From: Oculina patagonica
Taxonomy: Eukaryota
DNA length: 64,000 bases
Assembly (NCBI RefSeq): GCF_052425735.1
Contig: NC_135762.1
Location: 23,870,001-23,934,000, forward strand
Direction of reading: 5' to 3'
Shown here: positions 37,766-49,400 of the stretch, in pieces
Layout of the letters: every line of letters starts with the position of its first letter
How positions within the stretch are numbered: position 1 is the stretch's first letter
Notes under the pieces: model-generated
Database searches by the model: none
Told to the model about the DNA's origin: nothing
What the model saw: only the letters and a program-made list of their open reading frames with translations
Made by a program: the position numbers and the translations under genes

Positions 37766-40700
37766 TTATACAGTGAACGTCAAAATAATAGTTTGAAAAG
37801 CATAGAAACTAAAAAGGAGTAGCGCACCAACTTTTCCTTATATCAGACAGGAATAACCCTGAGCAAAGGGAAAATAAAAACCGTATTTTACGGTATCGAT
37901 ACGATTTTTAGTTTCTCGCAATCTGGCTAAAAATTGCCAATAGTGCAACTATAACCAACGCCACTGATTAAAGCCGGGAACTTTTTATATCAGTAGCATT
38001 TCTCATTCTCTTTTCCTCTTATTTCATAGATTAACAAGTCATTATTTTTGCAGCAGGTGTTCAGGAACAGATCATCAAATAACAAACTTACCAGTTGCTT
38101 TGGCGACCGATTTAAAAATAATATATTTTTTCAGCGCTGTTCGTGTTTGTTTCACCTCCGGTCGGACGAGAATTAAAGAGATACAAGTATCTTTCAAGGA
38201 AAACCTAATTCTACATGTTATTCAAGGTAAGGAAATTAAAAATAATGCCGCTTTAACAGTTATCTCGAGTTTAGGACTCACTGCATTGCAAAACATCTAA
38301 GAACTGTTGGTGATATTTTTGGTCTTGAATTTTATATTTGCATTCGATATGATCTAGTTTGTTTTGAGTAACGAATGTTTGGCAGATTGCAGTGTCTAAT
38401 CGTTCTTTTTGTATTTTATTCGACGGAATTATTCATAAAATGTAACCTCTCTTTTCATCTTTTGCTTGAATTAGAAGAAAATTCTAACGGCATTTTTAAT
38501 CAGGGTGATAACAGTATTGTTAACGCGTTGTACACGTTGTATTTAAACAGTCGATTTCAGTGTTATCAGGAAAAACAATTACTTTAGATGTTATCCTGCC
38601 GAGAAAAAAAACACTACGAAAGATAAACGTTTATGAAGCATGTTCGAACAGTCTCCTGTTTTTTGCATTATTTTGAAGAAGCCCAGTAGATAATGTATTT
38701 CAGAGGAAAGGTAATAATAATAATGGTTTGATATTGTAGAGCAATAGCTGACAAATGACAGGAACCCGTTATGAAATATGACTTCGGCTTGATGCTCAGG
38801 GTTTCAAAAGTTTAATGTGGCTTCCACAGATATTTTACAAAACTCTGCATAGCATTTTTTTTTAAAAAACTAATTATTATTTGTTGGCTAGTTTAGTAGA
38901 CGCTGTCAGAGTTCTAAGAATGTTTTTTTTTTTTTAAGTTTTACTACATAATTTGAGAAAAGTTCGATGCGTTTACAATAAACGTGAGTATTGAGCCAAA
39001 ATGCGCTGGAGTAGTACTGGAGCCCTTTATGTAATTTCAAAGGCAATTGTTTCATGCCACATAATTTCCTCAACTTGAATTCCCACATTATTTTCGAAAA
39101 CGATAATATACCTTTAAAAAATATAGCAATGAAACAAGACCTGCCTCGTGCATCGAAAACTTTGTACTTTTTTTCAAAACGTCTTTGTCTAATGTTTATT
39201 TCTTTTGTTTTTTTATTTGATTGCTGATGCAAAATCACTCAACGAAACCGTGATACAGTTATCGATTCCAAGATTCTGAAATTGTTAACCTCTTCAACGC
39301 AAATTCCGTAAATCGCGGTATCTCTTAGAAAGTTACCTCTGTTTGTAGAGTGAAAAAATTAATTACCCACGACAAATCTAATGCAGAGTGCTAATTTAAT
39401 ACTAGCTTACACTGATATCGCCTTAAGCTCTTTATTTATAATCCGTCTATTGTGAAGAGCTTTTGTTTGGAATAAACAAAACCTTAAAACGAACCTCAAA
39501 TTATTCAACTGATAACCCGGCGCAATCAACACAGCTCTCAGAAGTCGGCGCGGCTTTGGCGCTAAAACATCTCGAAGTATTTGTGATGCTCTAGGTTTTA
39601 TGCGGTGACGAAGAACACAAACTTTCCTAGAAGAGCTTTGCAAAGTAAGTACACATATATTGAACTCAGAAAATTGTTCAAGACTCGAAAATCTTTGTTA
39701 GTCAAGAAGTCGTGTAAACAAACATGTAAAATCCGTTTTGCGATTTTACTGTAGTTACCACTCTTCGAGATTGTTAAGAATTCGTGCAATTCACTGGGAT
39801 TTTGAAGAATCTAAAGGTCCGTACAGTGCTTGTATCGACCTTAAAGCGGTAGCGTTCTCGATATTCAAGTTTGTATACTGTTTTTAAAGTGGATTTACTA
39901 TACACATTAAGTCTTCTATTGTTCGGGTTTACAGTCCAGATATATCGGATTTTACAAAGCTCTAGTGGTCTATTTTGTATATTGTGTATAAGACCGCTAT
40001 TTATGCAAACAGTCTGCATCTAGTCAAGAATAGAATTAGTGAAAAAAGTTTTTAAAGAACGAGAAAGTTTTCTTTTAATGTGAGGGCAGTGGACAATTAG
40101 ATACTAAGATATTCCTTCAAGTCTGACACACGACAGTTTTATTCAAATAAGGCTCACTTGTTGCCTTTTTCCATTAAACTGACTTAGCCAGAAATATGCC
40201 TCATTGGGCAAAAAAAATAATATTATAAAATCTAAGCATCGAAGCCTATTTTTGCGTATAGATAGTGTATTTTGGTCATTAATTCATTAATGCTCTATTT
40301 TCCTGTTAGGTCCTTCTGAAGTAAACCAACACAATTCAGATTCAGCAGACAGCTATACAAATCTTACGCAACAAGTGTGTCCGGTATTTTGTTCCCAACT
40401 ATTATCGTAAATTTTTTGAAACATTTTGCAATACTCTTTTAAAGACCCCCTTTTAAGCTATACGGCAACTTATTTGTAGCTAAACAACGACAGCTGCCGG
40501 CGTGAAACATTGGAGAAAACAGACGTTTGACTGTAAATCGCTCCTCGTCTCAACTTAATTTAATAGGTCAGTTCTCTCTACCTCAGTATGGAGTTTGCTT
40601 TTGAAATTTTGATTTATTTTGCATCAAGAGTAATCTGTTTTATTTTTCAGCAGTATAGCTTCAAAATCGAGTCATCCACCGCTAACACTTTTTCACACCC

Positions 40701-41336
40701 TTTTTAATCTAAGGAAGAGTGGTTTGTGGCAATGCGAACCGTTTATTCTTTGCAAAGGTGATTTCAAGTCACACCTCAATTAGTTGCTGTGAATGACTTG
40801 TAAAATGGTCTGGTAGCTAATTTTCAAGCATTTCACACTTTAACGTAAAAATACATGACTATAATTATTTTGCTGGTTAAACAAAGCTACCCATCACTAA
40901 TTAAAGGCAAGGCGACTTGATAACATCGACGGCGTAACAATTTGTCTTTCTTTTGTGTCGGCGGTGTTGTAGAGAGGGACTTGAAGGGATAAAAGGGGAA
41001 CTGGGATTTGGGCAAATTTTCACTGAGAGAATGGTTGGGTCACTGGGACTGGGAATCACAAAAGAAAAATCAATAGAACTGGGACTGGGATTTGGAAAAT
41101 CGGAAAACCAATAGGTTGGGAAATGAGTTTTGGGAAAAATTTGGGCTGGGAAATGGGATCTTTACCTCCCCCCCCCCCCTTTCAGACCCTCTGTAGAATT
41201 TTAAGTTGTTCTATAGCTTTCTGTGCATTCTAATTTTTCTTTCTTTTCATCCGTAGGGGTTTAATATTCTGTTTTGTCTTTTTCTCGTTCTAGGCTGAAG
41301 GAAAAAAAAACACAATTTTTCTTAGGAAAGGACAAG

Positions 41337-42416
41337 ATGTCGAGATCAAGAACACTCCTGAGAGAAGTGATTGACTCAAACCACCGAAAACTCAACAGAA
41401 TCTCACGCTTTGCACCACCCAAGACCAACACTTTAAAACACCTCCAAAACGAATTCAGAAAAACAATCCCGCGCCCGCGATATGCATTCGTCACCTTGGT
41501 GATGTGCGGTGACGAGTATATTAAGGGAGCACTGACCCTCGCTTGGTCTCTAAGGCAACAGAAAACTCAGCATGAATTGATCGTCATGGTAACACCTGAC
41601 GTCAGTGTTCCTGCCATGAAGCTACTGCGCAAGCTCTACGATCGAGTGTTAAAGGTGCAGTATATCAAAACGCGAGTGAAAAGCGCTTTGAGGGGGAAAA
41701 AGTATCGCAGAGAGGATACATGGATTGAATATAGTTTAACGAAAGCGCGTATGCTAAAGCTTACAGAGTACGACAAGATTGTTTGGTTAGACGCAGATTC
41801 GCTCGTTCTTAACAACATCGACGCGCTTTTTGAACTTCCAACCCCAGCTGGAGTTTGCTCCAGCATCAAAAATCACGATTACTGGCACGGGTCGAAAATC
41901 CCCGAGTTGGAAATTGAAAACTCTGTTGAAAACAATTACGGTGTACACGGATGTATCATGGTACTGACTCCTAATTTAGATCATTATCTGTTAGCGAGTT
42001 CGCTCCCTCAAATCGGAACAACAGCGAACTTTGTTGGTCCCGATGAATACTTCTTTACGCAATTGTACAAAACTGAATGGCATCATATTCACGTCAAGTA
42101 TGCCTGCACGAAATGGTTTTATGAAATGAGGGATGTAAAACCCGAGGTGATTCATTTCTCTGGGGACAAGCCGTGGGAAGTAGAGAGCGACTGGGAAGGA
42201 GTGCGAAAGTGGAGAAAGGCAGCGGAGGGAATGGTTCGAGTATGTCCTAAAATGTCGGATTTATTTGTTACAGGAAGTCAATCGAGCTCTCAACGAAGTG
42301 ACGACGAGGCCGAGTCTTCGGAGAGTGGCAAAGTTTCGTTTAGGACTGAAAGCTCTGAATCTACAGTAAAGTTAAATGGACTCCGCGGTTTCCATGAAAC
42401 TTTAACTAATAAATGA
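41337..42416 (+). CDS. Glycosyltransferase family 8 (glycogenin/viral P13-like), single coding exon, ~359 aa
   Basis: YAFVTLVMCGDEYIKGALTLAWSL, LTK...LTEYDKIVWLDAD (DxD motif), IDALF and VIHFSGDKPW are GT8/glycogenin-fold motifs. First ATG at 41337; a pyrimidine-rich acceptor (ttttcatccgtag, 41256) upstream implies a non-coding first exon. Confidence 0.85.
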   Translation: MSRSRTLLREVIDSNHRKLNRISRFAPPKTNTLKHLQNEFRKTIPRPRYAFVTLVMCGDEYIKGALTLAWSLRQQKTQHELIVMVTPDVSVPAMKLLRKLYDRVLKVQYIKTRVKSALRGKKYRREDTWIEYSLTKARMLKLTEYDKIVWLDADSLVLNNIDALFELPTPAGVCSSIKNHDYWHGSKIPELEIENSVENNYGVHGCIMVLTPNLDHYLLASSLPQIGTTANFVGPDEYFFTQLYKTEWHHIHVKYACTKWFYEMRDVKPEVIHFSGDKPWEVESDWEGVRKWRKAAEGMVRVCPKMSDLFVTGSQSSSQRSDDEAESSESGKVSFRTESSESTVKLNGLRGFHETLTNK

Positions 42417-43426
42417 GACTAAACGAAATACCGTAGAATCCCGAGATCTCGAACCTCCAGGGGAGATATCGGGGTTATCGGTGTTACAGAGCAGAGTAGT
42501 ACTATTCAAGGGAAATGAAAATTGGTTCCACATATCGGGAATTTCGAGAAACCGCAGGTTCGAGAAATCGAGATTCTACTGTACAGCCATGATTGCTTTG
42601 AACTACACAAATTCATGTTTAACTGAGAAATACACAAAAAAAACAACAATAAAAAGCAAATGTTTTTAAATGTTCCAGGAAACAATAGTTAAAACAATGC
42701 TTCACTTTGATTTTAGTGACTTTACTTGGAGATTTTATTCTCGTTCAGTGGTGGATGGGAGGCTGGGGAAGTTATAGGACTACATAGGGGAAGGTGGAGT
42801 GAGGCACAACAGCCAGCACTTAAAGCTTGAAAAAACTAGGAGCATTGTTATTTCCCCTCGATACTCCCCTCCACTCTGTAAAGTTTCCCCGACAACCTAA
42901 CAGAACAACGCCAAGGATTGTCTTGGAGAATTGAACTTTTAATATTCAACAATCTTCTTTCTAACTTTTTGAACTACATAAATATATTCTGACAGCCTTA
43001 AACGATATAGCAATTAATTTACTAATGTTTGGAGAAATATGTTAGCTCTATAACTATGCTTGAGAAAGAGGGAACATTTACTTTTTAATTTTTTGTTACT
43101 TTTTCTCGTCTGTAGTTAAAATATCTTTCACGTAAGGAAACGCGAGACTACGCAAACGCTATGAAGAAAATATTTTAACTCTGATGGGATACGATATCGC
43201 ATATGCCATTTGCATAAGTGACTCTTTTAAATGCTTTCTTTTAACCCGTTTCTCTTTCTGTTCGAAAATATGCAGGGTTTAGTTAAGTTTACTTTTATTT
43301 TGCCGTTTAACAAGCAAACACAGCTCAGACAAACAAAACGTCACTGATCACGTGAACTTTGATTCCAAATATGGAGTTAAATATAGTCAATCAGAGGGCA
43401 GGGATGAAAGCACGTGATCGGTTCAA

Positions 43427-46400
43427 TCAGATGCGTGTTAACTGGTGCCAGATGTGAGCCGGAAAGAAATCTTCAAACTTCTGTATGATAAGGTTTAACG
43501 GCGTTGAAATCCAGCTCAAACACTGCAAAATAAAACAAATCGAAAATTATATTGATCTGATACAAAAAAATACATCACGTGGGATATACACAGAAATATG
43601 GTGCCAAGAAAAAGGAAAACTCGAGAAATGCAGATTTTATCGACCCTAGTATAAGCAATACACAGAAGTATTCGGTGGTCCCAAATACGAATTAAAAAGT
43701 AGATTAGACTAATGGACCTTTAAAAATCGAGTCGTGTTCAGTTTCCAAAACCTAAATATCTGCCGAAAATGCCCCTTGACCTGTAATGCTAACATGTCCC
43801 TATGCCCTAGTGCAATTAAGTCCTCGCTGGGGACTCTCAATTTTCCTTATAGGGTAAATTCTCGATCTTCCCTACTTAAAGAGTCATTAATTCCATAACG
43901 TTCTCTGCCTCTTTCGCCAAGTTACAAGATGGAAAGCTATATTCAATTCCCATTCCCCGCCATCAACATTTGGGCGTCGTGTACCTATTTCCAATATCTC
44001 TGAAATGTCCTGCCTAAGCAAAATCTTGCTACTCATATCTATAGCCTTGCCTGAGCAGTGAAGTGGTTATTTTCACAATATTTTATTTACAAGCTAACAG
44101 CTAAACAACCACCACTACAGTTCAAAACCAAAAAAATGCCACAGTTTATTTGCTACTTACAGTTTTGGCCGCGTTAGCCATGGGTTCAGGGAACTGGTGA
44201 GTAAGAAGAGCCAGCATAGCAGTGAAGGAGCACAGGGCAGCGGTAAACAGAATGAAAAAAGGAAGCTCTTTTTTGGGGTAAATGGAGAGTTCATGATGAC
44301 CTGAAACAAACCAAAAGTAATATTAGTCACTTTTTTATCTTACAGCTATTTTAGCACAGCTTCAAGCACTGATCTTGACTGCATAAAAAAGAGAAAGTAC
44401 GGCGCGGGGAAAGCATGAGTTTCACAAAAGTTTTTCCATGTGTTGTTCCCGTGATTTAACCTTTTTCGCACGTGTTTTTCACGCATTGCCGGTCAGCTGT
44501 TCACGTGCGTAGAATTTGTCTTACAGTCACAACCCTTGGAAATTTGTAAACCACCTGTGAGAATCTAGAAAGGATTTTGCCGGCACGTTTAAATTCATAG
44601 GTACGATAAAGGGGTAGCAAAAGCAGTTAGTACATGTAAAACAAAGATATTTTTCTTACTTGGCAGAAGTTCTCTGTCAGCGTTCTCAGTGCATGCTGGG
44701 TAAGGATGAAACAAATGTCCCTTCTCCAGGGGGTAGGGGACGAGACGAAATGCTGAAAGAGACACAGGAGAGTTTTCACGTCCATCTACACAAACTTACA
44801 TAACTTGAATAAACAAAACAAATCTAAAAAAAATCAAGCAAAAGAGTCTTTCGTACTTCCTTCCCATGTACAGTGAAGTAAGTTAAGAGCGCCCTCCACT
44901 CTCTTCCAGTGAGGTAAATGGAAGAAGGCGTAAGCTATCGCTTCGCTGTCTCCTCTTTTTAAAATATGCTCCGGAGGTAGAATCAAACTCTTCTGCTCCA
45001 GAAGATACTATAAGAGAAACAAATTATAGATCTTAATGCTGTGACATGCATCAAACTGCTGGCAGTCTGGGCTGGCAGTAACTAAAGATTTGATTAAATA
45101 ATGGCAACTTTGACATTATACTGGTTTTCCAAACCCCCCAGCCAAGTCAAAGAGCAATCATTAACACAGAGAACTTTTTGACATCTTTCTATTAGTTTTC
45201 CAAACTTGTCAGCCAAACAAATAGCCAATTACCGCACATACAACTTTTTAACATTTTTCTGTTGGTCTTTGAAAGCGAATTAACTTGGACTGGACACATA
45301 TTTGATAACTTAAATCCTTACTTTAGGAACATGAGGATTAAACTCCACTGCTCTGTGTATGGCTTCAACGGCCGCCATTTCAGCTGGACTTAACCCTCTT
45401 TTCGCTGCAATCTCAGGAGAGAATCTGCAAAGGAAAAAAAAATTAAAAATGAAAATGCCCCAGTCCATGGCAAATGTTTCTAAGAATAGGGCCTTCAAAC
45501 ATATAACTTGATAATAGGGGAAGCAAAAGAAGAGAAATGCTCTTCTAAAAGAGTAGGTGTTAGTGGTCTGGCCTTAAAATTAATGTTATGGGTGAGTGGC
45601 TTATGAAATTATTTACCATCATAATCTGCACTGCGTGCAGAGAGCTAGACATTCTAGCACCACAGCCTTGCAAAACGTGCAGAAAGTAAGATAAGTTTGC
45701 ACCATAAGCCGGTTATGTGTTGAACATAATTTAGCATACAAGGCCTGCAATGCTACAAAAATTCTTTTCTTACTTGTCGCAGACTGCTCTGGCTTTTAGA
45801 AGTGCAGCAGAATAACATATTGTAGCTGACTTCGGAAGACTTATATCTGAATAAAGAAAGTTATGATTAATATTCGTATTAGTCACTTTATCATACAACT
45901 GAACTGGTAAAGCAAAGTTGCGTCTTTGTTTTATATTCTTACCATCATATTTGGCTAGAACTTGCTGCAATGGGAAATAACAAAGAAAAAAATTGAAGTT
46001 ACAGTCAGTTTCAGTGATACATGATAGAGAGATGAAAGGAATTATTGAATGTCAAAAACAAAACAGTTTGGTTTAAATACCTGCACTTCTGAGTAAGCTT
46101 GTATTTCGAGTAAAGCCTCCAGAAGATTCTCATGAATGTTAAGAACGCTCATGAGAGGAAATTCCTTCATTAGCTGCAAAAAAACAAATAACATGATCAT
46201 GAACAACCAAACCTAACTATGATAGAAATGAGATGCAGTTGGAAAAAAAAATTAGTCTGCGACAGGGGTGGAACCCATGACCTTGTGCCTACTGAACTGT
46301 TCTACTGAGAAGTCCTGAGATGACCTGAGATACTACTCATACTATATCATTTCAATAGTAGGTTCTATAGTGTCATGTTAGCTAGCTTGCCAGGAGCTCT

Positions 46401-49400
46401 CACCAGCTCAGTGGTTGGAGTGTCCAACTAGTGTGTTGGAGGTCATAGGTTCAAACCTTACTGGGGACTCTGGATTATTTTCCTAATTGTCTAACGTTCC
46501 TGACATAGTGGATAAATATCTTATCATCAAAGCCAACTATATGCCACAAAACAAAGTTTAGTTAAGGTGATTCCCTAGTATTGCATTGTGCATCCTTACT
46601 GCGCAGAATTTTATGCGTAATTAGCGCATGCACACAAACAAAAATAATGGTTGCTATGCGGCTTGGCCCGTGAGAGAGATAAATCATCGTTTTCTTGTAA
46701 ATGAATATGGCGACCTATCATTTTTGTCTCTTAGTTTGAGAGTAGTGATCAAATTCTTTTTGTAAAATGAATACAGATCAATTTCTATGGCAGAATGATA
46801 CATTATTTCTGGTACTCGCAAAGGAGTTATTAAGGAATTATGTGGTACCTACAAGGTCTTCCTGCTCCTAAACGAATACGGTGACCCCACTTTTTTGTAT
46901 CAAAAATTAACTTCCCTTAAGGTAAACAACCAACCCGCAAAGTTTGGTTGAAAATCTATGACCAGTTCTATTTCACATGAATTACCTTAATAAGCTTGTC
47001 AAACTACACTAGCTATAGAACGTAATCATTGCAAGTGAATGTAACCCTGGCTATAAACTCGCAGACAGTATAAGAATGTAAACCTACATCTCTCATCATT
47101 TTAATGGCTTCTTTGACTCTTCCAAGTTTTCTCGCACACATGGCAAGCCTTCGTCTTATATAAACACACACATTGGTGTCTCTTCCTGAAAGTGGAATAT
47201 AATTGGAAATGTTCATGACTTGGTTTAGGATTAAAAAAGTCAAGGGAAAGGTTGGTAGTAAGGTTTCATTTCATTTAAAACTCAAAAGCGAATGGCAACC
47301 TTTCTGAAACCACTGTAATCTAAAGGTATAGTCAAACTTTCTGTAAGTGGACACCTTTGGGGCTTGAACAAGGGTCTTTTTAGAAGAGGTGTTAACTTAT
47401 GAGAGGTAAAGCACGTAGTGTTTGTATGTGGTGGGAACAAAACCAAGTGTCCACTTAGGAAAGGTGTCTGATTATAGGAGGTTAAAAATGTAGTGTTTTT
47501 ATGTTCTTATCTTCAATCTTTGTTAAAGAGATTTGGTTTTTTACTCACTGTGTAAGGCTTCCTCTTTTGTGTCTGGGTTCACTGATGCACTATTTCGTAA
47601 CAAAGCTTCACTGGCCTTCAGTGCTTGTTTGAATAACTTTTCAGCCTGTAAAACAAACATGGATAGTTCGTGACAAGGAAGAAAACATCACTTACAAATG
47701 AGAAGAAAAAAAATCCTCCAACAGAACTCCCCACCCCCAGTTCTTCCAGGCATTTGATTTTCAATGAAATCCCTATTTAATAGCAGTTAGAGCTCCAGAA
47801 AGGTCATCTTTTACCAAAACCACCTTAAGTAGAAAGTAAACTCTTCCTAGGGCCTCCCTCCAAACTACAGAAGAAACCCATATTATGAATACCATGTCAT
47901 TATGTCCATGACCTTCTTTTGGCACAAATAGAAACTCAGTCAGCCATTTTCTTCCCTTGTGAATAGCTCCCACTCTCCTGTACACAGGCTGTCATCTTCT
48001 TAATTCAGAACTCCTTTATAGAAGCACCCATTAATAACATATGATCAGGGGATCTGTTGGTGTTTAGACTAACAGATACCACTGTACTCTCAGTTTGGAG
48101 TAATTATCTTCAATACAGTTGAACCCTGTTATTTTGAACTGTCAGGGAAACAACAATAGCAGGAGATCGAAATAGCTGTTAGTACATGTAAATGACTGAA
48201 GAGAAAATCCAAGGGAAATGGGTTTAAGCTTGAAATAACAGGGAATTTGAAATAACCAAGTTTGAATTAGCGTGGTCTAACTGTGGTTATATAATGCACC
48301 TATCAATGGTTTGCCCCAGGATGGGGGGGGGGGGGGACAACCACAGGGGAATTTGAATTTTTTTGGAATTCAGAGTTGAAATCCCCACCCCTGGGCACCT
48401 AGTGAATGTCAAATTTTACATATGTCCTCTTAAATTTCTAACCCAGCATACTATTTAAGATGTCATAATCCCTACCCTGGGAGAACTTACGATGTCAAAT
48501 TCCCGTAGGTTGCCCCCCCCCCCCCCATCCTGGGGCAAACCATTGATAGGTGCATAAGAAGCCAGTGTGGGGTTGGTAAAATTCACTGCCCATTTTCCTT
48601 GAAATTGATAATGAGCAAGCAAGAATTAAACTACATGTATGCCAGCCATCAACTCTCACCAGTGACTAGTACTTATCAGAAAGCTTGAATCGATACTGGA
48701 GTCAACCTACAGTTTCCCTTATTCATAAAATCTGATATTTCTTACCTCTAAAATGGTTTGAGCCTCCTCCTCTGCTAGCAAAATAAGTGCTGTTGGAGAA
48801 CTGTTCAAGATAACAAACCAAATTAATTTTAACAAACAAACAAACAAACATTATTTCACCAATGTGTGACTTGCATTCAATACAAGATCTTAGACAATGT
48901 GCTAATTTTGCCAGGAGCAAGTGTTGTTTTCTTCTTTGACAGCATAAATTGTTGTGGTATTTGGGGAAACAACTCAACAAAAACTTCAAAATTGTCCAAA
49001 ATCAAGGGCAACAAAGTGGTTAACCAGACAATGATACCACATGGAATATTGGTATTTCAGCAGACAGTTACTCTGTCCTCAACCAAACACCTTTTATTAA
49101 GAAAATTTTAACTAATAGTGGTAAAAGTACCTTTTAAGAATACAGTGGGCAGGCGATAACAGATTAATTAACTAACATGGAATAAAGTTTGTTAAAACAT
49201 AATTTGTTTAAAGTTAGTTATTCTTATTATCGAAATAAGCTTTTAGAAGAGCAAGAAAGCCCTGCTGACATTGCAATTATTTGTGAGGGAGCTTGATATA
49301 AAAGTTTTTTTTTTCTTGCATAATACATACCTAGGATTATGTTCTAAGGCTTGATGAGCTGTCTTGATTCTCTTCTCTTGATCTCTTTCCCTCCATGCTC

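Noticed and set aside
46400-46470. tRNA-like sequence (also ~62320-62375, minus strand)
   Set aside because: Only degenerate A/B boxes and no closable cloverleaf; SINE or repeat derived.
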